Assembly (NCBI GenBank): GCA_951406725.2
Contig: OX597841.1
Location: 4,960,001 to 5,024,000 of the forward strand
Origin: Octopus vulgaris
Taxonomy: Eukaryota
DNA: 64,000 nt
Direction: 5' to 3'
Position 1 is the first letter of the stretch. Every line of letters begins with the position of its first letter. The translations under genes and the position numbers were made by a program. The notes beneath the pieces were generated by a model. The model saw only the letters and a program-made list of their open reading frames with translations. It did not search any database and was not told where the DNA came from. Positions 1-13,671 of the stretch are shown piece by piece.

Positions 1-176
1 TTTAAAAGACTAACAGGAAATACAATACAGAAGAAGGAATAAATCAATGGTTAATTACAGTGAAATAATATCTTCTGAAGTAAGAATTATAGAAACATAA
101 CATTTGTCTACTTCGCTATCTGGAGCAACTGATTTTTGCATTCCAATTAAACTTGGATGACAGCAGAGCTTATACC

Positions 177-395
177 TATTTCTTTACTACCCACAAGGGG
201 CTAAACACAGAGAAGACAGACAAACAGATTAAGTCGATTATATCGACCCCAGTGCGTAACTAGTACTTATTTAACAGACCCCGAAAGGATGAAAGGCAAA
301 GTCGACCTCGGCGGAATTTGAACTCAGAACGTAGCGGCAGACGAAATACTGCTAAGCATTTCGCCCGGCGTGCTAACGATTCTACCAGCTCACCG
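177..395 (-). mobile_element. tRNA-derived SINE (family B here), upstream of a ZNF gene
   Basis: Minus strand reads GCGGTGAGCTGGTAGAATCG...GAGTTCAAATTC (A/B-box like), then GCCGAGGTCGACTTTGCCTTTCATCCTTTCGGGGTC. Flanked by direct repeat CAGAGCTTATACC (164-176 and 396-408). Many copies elsewhere in the window. Confidence 0.85.
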
Positions 396-515
396 CAGAG
401 CTTATACCATCAGATACCAACTGTGTTCAGTAACCAATGGAAACATAGCAGTTCAAAATATAATATATAAACAAAAAGAAGAGAAGCATTTGCATATTTT
501 AAAGCAAGAAGGAAA

Positions 516-1367
516 ATGGAAAATGAATTATGTGAGAACAAGATTCAATGTAAGACTCAACCTGAAGGCATTGGCTTTAGCGATGGTATAAAGAAAGAGG
601 ATGGGAAAGCATCACATCAGTATGATATCTGTGGTAAATCATTCTCTGAAGAAGGTTACCCGACAAATTACAAATATATTCATACGAGAGAGAAGCCGTA
701 TCATTGTGTTATCTGTGGTAAAACTTTTTTTGGAAGCAGTGGCTTAACTATCCACATGCAGGTTCATACGGGAGAGAAACCATATCACTGTGATATCTGT
801 GGTAAATCATTCTCTCAAAATGCTCACTTGACTAAACACAAACACATTCACACGAGGGAGAAGTCGTATAACTGCGGCATATGCGCTAAATCTTTCTCTG
901 GAAGTAGTGACTTGACCAAACACATACGCATTCACACAGGAGAGAAACCATATTGCTGCACTGTCTGTGGGGAATCATTCTCTCAAAGCAGCAACTTAGC
1001 TCGACACTATTATACTCATACAGGAGAGAAGGCATATCACTGTGATATCTGTAACAAGTCATTCTCTCGAAATACTGACTTGGCTACACATAAACGTATT
1101 CACACGGGATTGAAGCCATATCGATGTGATATCTGTGACAAATCATTCTCTCTGAATCACCACTTGACTACTCACAAGTATATCCACACAGGAGAGAAAC
1201 CACATACATGCGATATCTGTGGTAAATCATTTTCGATATCAAGTAACTTAACTAAACACAAACGTATTCACACAGGAGAGAAACCATATCAGTGTGATCT
1301 TTGTAGTAAATCATTCTCTCAAAAAAGTCACTTAACCAGACATATATGTATTCATGCGACAGTGTAG
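516..1367 (+). CDS. C2H2 zinc-finger protein, 283 aa, 8 intact fingers plus 1 degenerate finger
   Basis: Repeated CxxC-x12-HxxxH units with TGEKPY linkers in a single uninterrupted ORF. Confidence 0.9.
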   Translation: MENELCENKIQCKTQPEGIGFSDGIKKEDGKASHQYDICGKSFSEEGYPTNYKYIHTREKPYHCVICGKTFFGSSGLTIHMQVHTGEKPYHCDICGKSFSQNAHLTKHKHIHTREKSYNCGICAKSFSGSSDLTKHIRIHTGEKPYCCTVCGESFSQSSNLARHYYTHTGEKAYHCDICNKSFSRNTDLATHKRIHTGLKPYRCDICDKSFSLNHHLTTHKYIHTGEKPHTCDICGKSFSISSNLTKHKRIHTGEKPYQCDLCSKSFSQKSHLTRHICIHATV

Positions 1368-1384
1368 TGGTTTCACTGTTTATT

Positions 1385-1595
1385 CATCATCATCATCATC
1401 ATCATCATCATCGTTTAACGTCCGCTTTCCATGCTAGCATGGGTTGGACGGTTCAACTGGGGTCTGGCAAGCCCGAAGGCTGCACCAGGCCAGTCAGATC
1501 TGGCAGTGTTTCTACAGCTGGATGCCCTTCCTAACGCCAACCACTCCGAGAGTGTAGTGGGTGATTTTATTTGCCACCGACACAGGTGCCAGACG
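1385..1595 (-). mobile_element. 3' end of an RTE-type retroelement (or SINE sharing its tail) with (GAT)n tail
   Basis: Same sequence at 19211 and 42560. The 42560 copy continues into an RTE ORF2 C-terminus. Confidence 0.7.
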
Positions 1596-2371
1596 AGGGT
1601 TGAAAAATATACAAAAACAAGCATACTAGTTAATTCTCCTCTTTTTCGCCAGAGCCCTGTCTGCCGGGTTGTGGCCCTACCAGGAACTGAAGTTCCCGAC
1701 GGCATAGCTCTGACACTACCCGTTGCCAGCGTCCCCACCACGGTGAGGAAGGGATGGACTAATGTTATCATGGGGCAGATGGAGTTTACTCAAAGCAAAT
1801 TTTCTATGACTGGATACCTTTTCTGTTGCCAACCCTCGCCAATTTCCAAAGCAAAGTAATATTTCCCCATGGTCAGACATGTCTTCATAAGATATTGGAA
1901 ATGAACAACACTGCTTGTGTGACAGTGACACTCATTTACGACTATCACTTGATGTTGAAACAAGAAGACACAAACAAATACACATGAACACATTCATACA
2001 TACACACACACACACATATATATATATATACACATACACAATGAGCTTCTTTCAGTTTCCATCTCCCAAATCTACTTATGGCTTTGGTCAGCCCAGGGCT
2101 ACTGTACAAAACACTTGTCCAAGGTGCCTTTCAGTGGGATTGAACCCAGAGCCATGCCTGATGAATATTTATGCTTTCCCTTGAGTTAATCTTAGAACTT
2201 ATGAACAAGCATCAGATGTTCTCCACATTTGTACATTCCTGCTTCGTGGTATGCATGATACTTCAAATTTATTTTCTGGAGACTCAAAATCGCCAGAACA
2301 AGGGTTCGGTTCCCTTCTGGGTTGTGTGTTGCGTTCTTGGGTTAAACACTTAATTTCAAGTTGCTTTAGTG

Positions 2372-2828
2372 TTGCATCTACTCGCAATACCAGAGGACGC
2401 ACACTCTCCTACCCTGATGTAATCTCCAGGGATACAGGCATCCAGCAACAGGACCTCCGTAATGCTATGATGGACCGTGAAGTCTGGTGTAACATAGTAA
2501 ATTCCATTGTCTCGACCACAGTCGAACAATGATGATGATGATATATATATATATATATATACATACATACCATCTTTTGTGAAAGGTAGAAGAGTCCAGT
2601 TTGCTGGACATTGTTGTAGAGCTGAAAAAGAAGTAATTTCTACTCTTCTCCTCTGGAAGCCATCTACTCGCAATACCAGAGGGCACACACTCTCCTACCC
2701 TGATGTAATCTCCAGGGATACAGGCATCCAGCAACAGGACCTCCGTAATGCTATGATGGACCGTGAAGTCTGGCGTAACATAGTAAATTCCATTGTCTCG
2801 ACCACGGTCGAACAATGATGATGATGAG
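2372..2828 (+). mobile_element. Two tandem 5'-truncated RTE-type LINE 3' ends
   Basis: RRVQFAGHCCR...LLLWKP...DLRNAMMDREVWRNIV resembles an RTE ORF2 C-terminus. Each copy ends in (TGA)n. Confidence 0.7.
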
Positions 2829-3132
2829 TGTTGCATCCATCATTTGTTGGTGATTCCCTACTAATCCTGGCAGATGACTACTCAGGCAAACAGCCCTCCA
2901 AACCATGGGTCTGTTTGGGTAGTCATTGCTGGTGAGCATTTTGCAAGGCTGGAGTGTAAATCCTACCTTAACCCCTTTCAGTCACCTTTTACAACACACA
3001 GAGGAAACGATATGTCTATTCTTTGATATGCTGGACCCCAGACAACACAATGACTTCAACAAATAACCCTTTCTACTAATAAATAAATAAATTTATTTAT
3101 CCAATTTACATTGTATATTTTTTTTATTGATT

Positions 3133-3540
3133 ACTCTCTTTACTCTTTTACTTGTTTCAGTCATTTGACTGCGGCCATGCTGGAGCACTGCCTTTAGTCG
3201 ATCAAATCGACCCCAGGACTTATTCTTTGTGAGCCTAGTACTTATTTTATCAGTCTCTCTTTTGCCGAGCCGCTAAGTTACGGGGACGTAAACACATCAG
3301 CATCTGTTGTCAAGCGATGTTGGGGGGACAAACAGACACACATGCATATATATATATATATATATACATATATACGATGGGCTTCTTTCAGTTTCTGTCT
3401 ACCAAATCCACTCACAAGGCTTTGGTCGGCCCAAGGCTATAGTAGAAGACACTTACCCAAGGTGCCACGCAGTGGGACTGAACCCGGAACCATGTGGTTC
3501 ATAAGCAAGCTACTTACCACACAGCCACTCCTGCGCCTAT
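3133..3540 (-). mobile_element. Full-length tRNA-derived SINE (family A here) anchoring the satellite array
   Basis: Head GGCGCAGGAGTGGCTGTGTGG...GGTTCAGTCCC, central (TA)/(TG) tract, 3' CAGCATGGCCGCAGTCAAATGACTGAAAC and (GTAAAAGA)n tail. Confidence 0.85.
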
Positions 3541-6500
3541 ATATATACATATATATATACGACGGGCTTCTTTCAGTTTCCGTCTACCATATCAACTCAC
3601 AAGGCTTTGGTCGGCCCGAGGCTATAGTAGAAGACACTTACCCAAGGTGCTACGCAGTGGGACTGAACCTGGAACCATGTGGTTCATAAGCAAGCTACTT
3701 ACCACACAGCCACTCCTGCGCCTATATATATACATATATATATACGACGGGCTTCTTTCAGTTTCCGTCTACCAAATCAACTCACAAGGCTTTGGTCGGC
3801 CCGAGGCTATAGTAGAAGACACTTACCCAAGGTGCTACTTAGTGGGACTGAACCTGGAACCATGTGGTTGGTAAGCAAGCTACTTACCACACAGCCACTC
3901 CTGCGCCTATATATATACATATATATATACGACGGGCTTCTTTCAGTTTCCGTCTACCAAATCAACTCACAAGGCTTTGGTCGGCCCGAGGCTATAGTAG
4001 AAGACACTTACCCAAGGTGCTACGCAGTGGGACTGAACCTGGAACCATGTGGTTGGTAAGCAAGCTACTTACCACACAGCCACTCCTGCGCCTATATATA
4101 TACATATATATATACGACGGGCTTCTTTTAGTTTCCGTCTACCATATCAACTCACAAGGCTTTGGTCGGCCCGAGGCTATAGTAGAAGACACTTACCCAA
4201 GGTGCTACGCAGTGGGACTGAACCTGGAACCATGTGGTTGGTAAGCAAGCTACTTACCACACAGCCACTCCTGCGCCTATATATATACATATATATATAC
4301 GACGGGCTTCTTTCAGTTTCCGTCTACCAAATCAACTCACAAGGCTTTGGTCGGCCCGAGGCTATAGTAGAAGACACTTACCCAAGGTGCTACGCAGTGG
4401 GACTGAACCTGGAACCATGTGGTTGGTAAGCAAGCTACTTACCACACAGCCACTCCTGCGCCTATATATATACATATATATATACGACGGGCTTCTTTCA
4501 GTTTCCGTCTACCAAATCAACTCACAAGGCTTTGGTCGGCCCGAGGCTATAGTAGAAGACACTTACCCAAGGTGCTACGCAGTGGGACTGAACCCGGAAC
4601 CATGTGGTTCATAAGCAAGCTACTTACCACACAGCCACTCCTGCGCCTATATATATACATATATATATACGACGGGCTTCTTTCAGTTTCCGTCTACCAA
4701 ATCAACTCACAAGGCTTTGGTCGGCCCGAGGCTATAGTAGAAGACACTTACCCAAGGTGCTACTTAGTGGGACTGAACCTGGAACCATGTGGTTCATAAG
4801 CAAGCTACTTACCACACAGCCACTCCTGCGCCTATATATATACATATATATATACGACGGGCTTCTTTTAGTTTCCGTCTACCATATCAACTCACAAGGC
4901 TTTGGTCGGCCCGAGGCTATAGTAGAAGACACTTACCCAAGGCGCTACGCAGTGGGACTGAACCTGGAACCATGTGGTTGGTAAGCAAGCTACTTACCAC
5001 ACAGCCACTCCTGCGCCTATATATATACATATATATATACGACGGGCTTCTTTTAGTTTCCGTCTACCAAATCAACTCACAAGGCTTTGGTCGGCCCGAG
5101 GCTATAGTAGAAGACACTTACCCAAGGTGCTACGCAGTGGGACTGAACCCGGAACCATGTGGTTGGTAAGCAAGCTACTTACCACACAGCCACTCCTACG
5201 CCTATATATATACATATATATATACGACGGGCTTCTTTTAGTTTCCGTCTACCAAATCAACTCACAAGGCTTTGGTCGGCCCGAGGCTATAGTAGAAGAC
5301 ACTTACCCAAGGTGCTACGCAGTGGGACTGAACCTGGAACCATGTGGTTGGTAAGCAAGCTACTTACCACACAGCCACTCCTGCGCCTATATATATACAT
5401 ATATATATACGACGGGCTTCTTTCAGTTTACGTCTACCAAATCAACTCACAAGGCTTTGGTCGGCCCGAGGCTATAGTAGAAGACACTTACCCAAGGTGC
5501 TACGCAGTGGGACTGAACCTGGAACCATGTGGTTGGTAAGCAAGCTACTTACCACACAGCCACTCCTGCGCCTATATATATACATATATATATACGACGG
5601 GCTTCTTTTAGTTTCCGTCTACCATATCAACTCACAAGGCTTTGGTCGGCCCGAGGCTATAGTAGAAGACACTTACCCAAGGTGCTACGCAGTGGGACTG
5701 AACCTGGAACCATGTGGTTGGTAAGCAAGCTACTTACCACACAGCCACTCCTGCGCCTATATATATACATATATATATACGACGGGCTTCTTTCAGTTTC
5801 CGTCTACCAAATCAACTCACAAGGCTTTGGTCGGCCCGAGGCTATAGTAGAAGACACTTACCCAAGGTGCTACGCAGTGGGACTGAACCTGGAACCATGT
5901 GGTTGGTAAGCAAGCTACTTACCACACAGCCACTCCTGCGCCTATATATATACATATATATATACGACGGGCTTCTTTCAGTTTCCGTCTACCAAATCAA
6001 CTCACAAGGCTTTGGTCGGCCCGAGGCTATAGTAGAAGACACTTACCCAAGGTGCTACTTAGTGGGACTGAACCCGGAACCATGTGGTTGATAAGCAAGC
6101 TACTTACCACACAGCCACTCCTGCGCCTATATATATACATATATATATACGACGGGCTTCTTTTAGTTTCCGTCTACCATATCAACTCACAAGGCTTTGG
6201 TCGGCCCGAGGCTATAGTAGAAGACACTTACCCAAGGTGCTATGCAGTGGGACTGAACCTGGAACCATGTGGTTGGTAAGCAAGCTACTTACCACACAGC
6301 CACTCCTACGCCTATATATATACATATATATATACGACGGGCTTCTTTAGTTTCCGTCTACCATATCAACTCACAAGGCTTTGGTCGGCCCGAGGCTATA
6401 GTAGAAGACACTTACCCAAGGTGCTACGCAGTGGGACTGAACCTGGAACCATGTGGTTGGTAAGCAAGCTACTTACCACACAGCCACTCCTGCGCCTATA

Positions 6501-8170
6501 TATATACATATATATATACGACGGGCTTCTTTCAGTTTCCGTCTACCAAATCAACTCACAAGGCTTTGGTCGGCCTGAGGCTATAGTAGAAGACACTTAC
6601 CCAAGGTCCCACGCAGTGGGACTGAACCTGGAACCATGTGGTTCATAAGCAAGCTACTTACCACACAGCCACTCCTGCGCCTATATATATATACATATAT
6701 ATATACGACGGGCTTCTTTCAGTTTCCGTCTACCATATCAACTCACAAGGCTTTGGTCGGCCCGAGGCTATAGTAGAAGACACTTACCCAAGGTGCTACT
6801 TAGTGGGACTGAACCTGGAACCATGTGGTTGGTAAGCAAGCTACTTACCACACAGCCACTCCTGCGCCTATATATATACATATATATATACAACGGGCTT
6901 CTTTCAGTTTCCGTCTACCATATCAACTCACAAGGCTTTGGTCGGCCCGAGGCTATAGTAGAAGACACTTACCCAAGGTGCTACGCAGTGGGACTGAACC
7001 TGGAACTATGTGGTTGATAAGCAAGCTACTTACCACACAGCCACTCCTGCGCCTATATATATACATATATATATACGACGGGCTTCTTTTAGTTTCCGTC
7101 TACCATATCAACTCACAAGGCTTTGGTCGGCCCGAGGCTATAGTAGAAGACACTTACCCAAGGTGCTACGCAGTGGGACTGAACCTGGAACCATGTGGTT
7201 GGTAAGCAAGCTACTTACCACACAGCCACTCCTACGCCTATATATATACATATATATATACGACGGGCTTCTTTTAGTTTCCGTCTACCATATCAACTCA
7301 CAAGGCTTTGGTCGGCCTGAGGCTATAGTAGAAGACACTTACCCAAGGTGCTACGCAGTGGGACTGAACCTGGAACCATGTGGTTGGTAAGCAAGCTACT
7401 TACCATACAGCCACTCCTACGCCTATATATATACATATATATATACGACGGGCTTCTTTCAGTTTCCGTCTACCATATCAACTCACAAGGCTTTGGTCGG
7501 CCCGAGGCTATAGTAGAAGACACTTACCCAAGGTGCTACTTAGTGGGACTGAACCTGGAACCATGTGGTTGGTAAGCAAGCTACTTACCACACAGCCACT
7601 CCTGCACCTATATATATACATATATATATACGACGGGCTTCTTTTAGTTTCCGTCTACCATATCAACTCACAAGGCTTTGGTCGGCCTGAGGCTATAGTA
7701 GAAGACACTTACCCAAGGTGCTACGCAGTGGGACTGAACCTGGAACCATGTGGTTGGTAAGCAAGCTACTTACCATACAGCCACTCCTACGCCTATATAT
7801 ATACATATATATATACGACGGGCTTCTTTCAGTTTCCGTCTACCATATCAACTCACAAGGCTTTGGTCGGCCCGAGGCTATAGTAGAAGACACTTACCCA
7901 AGGTGCTACTTAGTGGGACTGAACCTGGAACCATGTGGTTGGTAAGCAAGCTACTTACCACACAGCCACTCCTGCACCTATATATATACACATATATATA
8001 TATACGACGGGCTTCTTTTAGTTTCCGTCTACCAAATCAACTCACAAGGCTTTGGTCGGCCCGAGGCTATAGTAGAAGACACTTACCCAAGGTGCTACGC
8101 AGTGGGACTGAACCTGGAACCATGTGGTTGGTAAGCAAGCTACTTACCACACAGCCACTCCTACGCCTAT
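3376..8170 (-). repeat. Tandem array of 26 x ~185-bp SINE-A 5' heads
   Basis: Unit starts counted at 3376, 3561, 3746 ... 8006. Units are near-identical. Confidence 0.95.
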
Positions 8171-8239
8171 TACAGTAAGTTTTTTCAAAAATATCAGATT
8201 AAGTTCTTTGACAGCTTTGCTGATTGGGGCAAGTTGATA

Positions 8240-8600
8240 GGGAAGCATCAGATGTGGTGTGCAAGAGAGACGACTGCGTTGGTCTGGTCATGTACTATGG
8301 ATGGATGAGGAGATCTGTGTGAAGAAGTGCCACTCCCAAACAGTGGAAGGAATCTGGGGTAGAAGAAGACCCAGGAAGACATGGGATACGGTGGTGAAGC
8401 ATGACCTTCGAACGTTGGGCCTCACGGAGGCAATGTCGGAAGACCGAGACCTCTGGAGATATGCTGCGATTGAGAAGACCCGGCAAACAAAGTGAGTTCA
8501 CAGCTGTAACTTACACCAGTTTGGCATAACCAGCCCACTCAAAAAGTACCTTGGATCGTAGGGTGACCTGCCGTGCTTGAGGAGACCTATTGAGTCAAGT
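8240..8600 (+). mobile_element. RTE LINE ORF2 C-terminal remnant (second copy at ~12525-12885)
   Basis: QERRLRWSGHVLWM...VEG..GRRRPRKTW...DRDLWR, typical of the RTE C-terminus. Confidence 0.75.
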
Positions 8601-8849
8601 ACATCAAAACCAAAATCAAATGGAGATTCCTTTTGATTTTGGTTTGATGTACTTGACTTGGTAATTTCAACCAATCAATGACATGTAATCAGCTGAATAA
8701 AATTACTGCTGTTGTTTGTCAACAACAACTATCGGCGGTGTATTTTTCGTTTGTCACTGTTATTTACGACATCATTTGTACGTTTGTACGGGTTTTAGCT
8801 TTAAGGTTTTAGGGCTAGTGTTAAGGTTTTAGGTTTAGGGTTATAATGT

Positions 8850-9236
8850 GGAGGCGCAATGGCCCAGTGGTTAGGGCAGCGGACTCGCGGTCATAGGATC
8901 GCGGTTTCGATTCCCTGACCGGGCGTTGTGAGTGTTTATTGAGCGAAAACACCTAAAGCTCCACGAGGCTCCGGCAGGGGATGGTGGTGATCCCTACTGT
9001 ACTCTTTCACCACAACTTTCTCTCACTCTTACTTCCTGTTTCTGTTGTACCTGTATTTCAAAGGGCCGGCCTTGTCACTCTCTGTGTCACGCTGAATATC
9101 CCCGAGAACTACGTTAAGTGTACACGTGTCTGTGGAGTGCTCAGCCACTTGCACGTTAATTTCACGAGCAGGCTGTTCCGTTGATTCGGATCAACCGGAA
9201 CCCTTGTCGTCGTAACCGACGGAGTGCTTCCATTCC
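8850..9236 (+). mobile_element. tRNA-derived SINE (family C here) with target-site duplication; second copy at 13137-13523
   Basis: Head GGAGGCGCAATGGCCCAGTGG...GGTTTCGATTCC. TSD AGGGTTATAATGT at 8837-8849 and 9237-9249. Confidence 0.85.
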
Positions 9237-9384
9237 AGGGTTATAATGTGTGTGTTGAGGAAAGTTACAACAATAATCCTTAGCAAGTAGAATGTGATGC
9301 AGGTTCGATTTTTGGATGAACCCCTTTACAATGATAATAATAATAATAATAATAATAATGAGAGTCTAATTTTTATGAAAATAT

Positions 9385-10735
9385 TTATTTGTCATAATGA
9401 AAGAAGGCAAAAGATTGACGTCCTGGAATAATTCCAAAAACCATCAACGAATTTTCTGAAACATCAAAACCAAGAACTTCAAAGACTTCATTATCATCCC
9501 ATCTCAGGAGTAAATAGTTTTGAATATTTTCCGGTTTCAGGACTTCAATTTCTTCAGATGTTTGCTGTTCAACATGCCCAGGTATTTGGTAAATACAGTT
9601 TGCTGTATCTGTTATATAAACATATTCACCAATTGTATGTAGATGAGGTGTTTGAATACAGAATTCCCCAACATAAAAAATGTCTTTTATTCTTATCCTC
9701 CTCACCAAAGACTTTTCCCTGAACCATTCCACAAAACAGAGATCATCAACCCACTCTCCGTCCTCGTCCTTCTTCTTCCCCTCCCTCCTCACAACTACAA
9801 CATCACCAAAAGATGTGACTCCCACATCATCCACAAGCGCTTCTCCCTTCAACTTTTTATATCTTGCCATCTTCCCATGACACACTTCATCTTTACATTT
9901 CCCATCTTTGATATCAACTACATCGACATAATAAGAGCCGTAGGCATCATTGTCATCGCAAAGGAAACAAAACTTCTCGTTGTACCATTTTTTTCTGTAG
10001 TTATTGTTTCTCTCGTCTTCAGTTAAGTCACTGATATAATGACCACCACACACGAGTTGATTGTCGTTGTATTTATAAATCGTGCTGTAGTATTTCTCAG
10101 TTTTGATGGTATTTAAACAACACAGATCTCTATTGAAGACCATCATTTCTTTACCAAAGACAACTATGAATCGTTCATCTGTCCACCGACATATACCTAG
10201 TGGTTGTTGTTCTAGTTGTTTATGTTGAAGTATGTCGCCTGTTGTTGTTGTTGTTCTGATTAATGTGACACTTTCTCGAAACATCAACACACTCACATTC
10301 TCATCTAACTTAATTAGTTTACTGTTCGTGTCCCTAATGTCCCTAAAATCATAATCAACAGGTTCCTCGAATGCAGGAATGGAAAGAGGGACCATTGCTG
10401 TCCTATATGGAAGTCTCCTCACGGATATTTCATCAGTTCCTGAATTATTAATCTCCGCTATGTAATTACCACATCTCACCTTTAATCTACCTTTACCAAT
10501 TATTTCACCTGATTTACCTCTTCTTCCTCCTCCATCTCCATCTCCTCCTCTGTATTCCAATTTATTAATTAATTCATTACTGAATATTTCCTTGTTCGTT
10601 TCAGATGTAATGGAAGGGAAACGAAGACCAGAATCAAGATTTAATGATGACACAGATTCCAGAATGTTCACTTGGTCCCCATCAATCTTTATGCAATGAC
10701 ATTCAATCAATTCAATAAGTACACACCAGTAAATA
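9385..10735 (-). CDS. 3' part of a second copy or allele of the multi-propeller gene, truncated by the assembly gap
   Basis: Nearly identical to the C-terminal ~450 aa of ORF 13672-17592. The ORF runs into the Ns. Confidence 0.75.
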
Positions 10736-10835
10736 NNNNNNNNNNNNNNNNNNNNNNNNNNNNNNNNNNNNNNNNNNNNNNNNNNNNNNNNNNNNNNNNN
10801 NNNNNNNNNNNNNNNNNNNNNNNNNNNNNNNNNNN
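10736..10835. other. Assembly gap (100 N)
   Basis: Run of N. Confidence 1.
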
Positions 10836-12457
10836 CAAATCAACTCACAAGGCTTTGGTCGGCCTGAGGCTATAGTAGAAGACACTTACCCAAGGTGCTA
10901 CGCAGTGGGACTGAACCTGGAACCATGTGGTTCATAAGCAAGCTACTTACCACACAGCCACTCCTGCGCCTATATATATATACATATATATATACGACGG
11001 GCTTCTTTCAGTTTCCGTCTACCAAATCAACTCACAAGGCTTTGGTCGGCCCGAGGCTATAGTAGAAGACACTTACCCAAGGTGCTACTTAGTGGGACTG
11101 AACCTGGAACCATGTGGTTGGTAAGCAAGCTACTTACCACACAGCCACTCCTGCGCCTATATATATACATATATATATACGACGGGCTTCTTTCAGTTTC
11201 CGTCTACCAAATCAACTCACAAGGCTTTGGTCGGCCCGAGGCTATAGTAGAAGACACTTACCCAAGGTGCTACGCAGTGGGACTGAACCTGGAACCATGT
11301 GGTTGATAAGCAAGCTACTTACCACACAGCCACTCCTGCGCCTATATATATACATATATATATACGACGGGCTTCTTTTAGTTTCCGTCTACCATATCAA
11401 CTCACAAGGCTTTGGTCGGCCCGAGGCTATAGTAGAAGACACTTACCCAAGGTGCTACGCAGTGGGACTGAACCTGGAACCATGTGGTTGGTAAGCAAGC
11501 TACTTACCACACAGCCACTCCTACGCCTATATATATACATATATATATACGACGGGCTTCTTTCAGTTTCCGTCTACCATATCAACTCACAAGGCTTTGG
11601 TCGGCCCGAGGCTATAGTAGAAGACACTTACCCAAGGTGCTACGCAGTGGGACTGAACCTGGAACCATGTGGTTGGTAAGCAAGCTACTTACCACACAGC
11701 CACTCCTGCGCCTATATATATACATATATATATACGACGGGCTTCTTTCAGTTTCCGTCTACCAAATCAACTCACAAGGCTTTGGTCGGCCCGAGGCTAT
11801 AGTAGAAGACACTTACCCAAGGTGCTACGCAGTGGGACTGAACCTGGAACCATGTGGTTGGTAAGCAAGCTACTTACCACACAGCCACTCCTGCGCCTAT
11901 ATATATACATATATATATACGACGGGCTTCTTTCAGTTTCCGTCTACCAAATCAACTCACAAGGCTTTGGTCGGCCCGAGGCTATAGTAGAAGACACTTA
12001 CCCAAGGTGCCACGCAGTGGGACTGAACCTGGAACCATGTGGTTCATATGCAAGCTACTTACCACACAGCCACTCCTGCGCCTATATATATACATATATA
12101 TATACGACGGAGCTTCTTTCAGTTTCCGTCTACCATATCAACTCACAAGGCTTTGGTCGGCCCGAGGCTATAGTAGAAGACACTTACCCAAGGTGCTACG
12201 CAGTGGGACTGAACCTGGAACCATGTGGTTGGTAAGCAAGCTACTTACCACACAGCCACTCCTGCACCTATATATATACATATATATATACGACGGGCTT
12301 CTTTCAGTTTCCGTCTACCAAATCAACTCACAAGGCTTTGGTCGGCCCGAGGCTATAGTAGAAGACACTTACCCAAGGTGCTACGCAGTGGGACTGAACC
12401 CGGAACCATGTGGTTGGTAAGCAAGCTACTTACCACACAGCCACTCCTACGCCTATT
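10836..12457 (-). repeat. Second segment of the 185-bp SINE-head array (8 full units plus 1 partial)
   Basis: Same unit and same right-hand junction (CCTATTACAGTAAG) as 3376-8170. Confidence 0.95.
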
Positions 12458-13671
12458 ACAGTAAGTTTTTTCAAAAATATCAGATTAAGTTCTTTGGTAG
12501 CTTTGCTGGTTGGGGCAAGTTGATAGGGAAGCATCAGATGTGGTTATGCAAGAGAGACGACTGCCTTGGTCTGGTCATGTACTATGGATGGATGAGGAGA
12601 TCTGTGTGAAGAAGTGCCACTCCCAAACAGTGGAAGGAATCCGGGGTAGAAGAAGACCCAGGAAGACATGGGATACGGTGGTGAAGCATGACCTTCGAAC
12701 GTTGGGCCTCACGGAGGCAATGTCGGAAGACCGAGACCTCTGGAGATATGCTGCGATTGAGAAGACCCGGCAAACAAAGTGAGTTCACAGCTGTAACTTA
12801 CACCAGTTTGGCATAACCAGCCCACTCAAAAGTACCCTGGATCGTAGGGTGACCTGCCGTGCTTGAGGAGACCTATTGAGTCAAGTACATCAAAACCAAA
12901 ATCAAATGGAGATTCCTTTTGATTTTGGTTTTGATGTACTTGACTTGGTAATTTCAACCAATCAATGACATGTAATCAGCTGAATAAAATTACTGCTGTT
13001 GTTTGTCAACAACAACTATCGGCGGTGTATTTTTCGTTTGTCACTGTTATTTACGACATCATTTGTACGTTTGTACGGGTTTTAGCTTTAAGGTTTTAGG
13101 GCTAGGGTTAAGGTTTTAGGGTTAGGGTTATAATGTGGAGGCGCAATGGCCCAGTGGTTAGGGCAGCGGACTCGCGGTCATAGGATCGCGGTTTCGATTC
13201 CCTGACTGGGCGTTGTGAGTGTTTATTGAGCGAAAACACCTAAAGCTCCACGAGGCTCCGGCAGGGTATGGTGGTGATCCCTACTGTACTCTTTCACCAC
13301 AACTTTCTCTCACTCTTACTTCCTGTTTCTGTTGTACCTGTATTTCAAAGGGCCGGCCTTGTCACTCTCTGTGTCACGCTGAATATCCCCGAGAACTACG
13401 TTAAGTGTACACGTGTCTGTGGAGTGCTCAGCCACTTGCACGTTAATTTCACGAGCAGGCTGTTCCGTTGATTCGGATCAACCGGAACCCTCGTTGTCGT
13501 AACCGACGGAGTGCTTCCATTCCAGGGTTATAATGTGTGTGTTGAGGAAAGTTACAACAATAATCCTTAGCAAGTAGAATGTGATGCAGGTTCGATTTTT
13601 GGATGAACCCCTTTACAATGATAATAATAATAATAATAATAATAATGAGAGTCTAATTTTTATGAAAATAT

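Noticed and set aside
1600-1760. GC-richer segment considered as an HDV-like ribozyme or element 5' end
   Set aside because: I could not assemble the nested double-pseudoknot pairings by eye, and there is no second copy in the window.
8850-8925. tRNA gene calls at SINE heads
   Set aside because: The heads continue into SINE bodies with tails and TSDs, and I found no complete cloverleaf followed by a terminator.
3307-12464. Dozens of 126-aa ORFs, and a superficially CRISPR-like periodic array
   Set aside because: They are translations of a 185-bp SINE-derived tandem repeat. There are no unique spacers or cas genes, and the context is eukaryotic.
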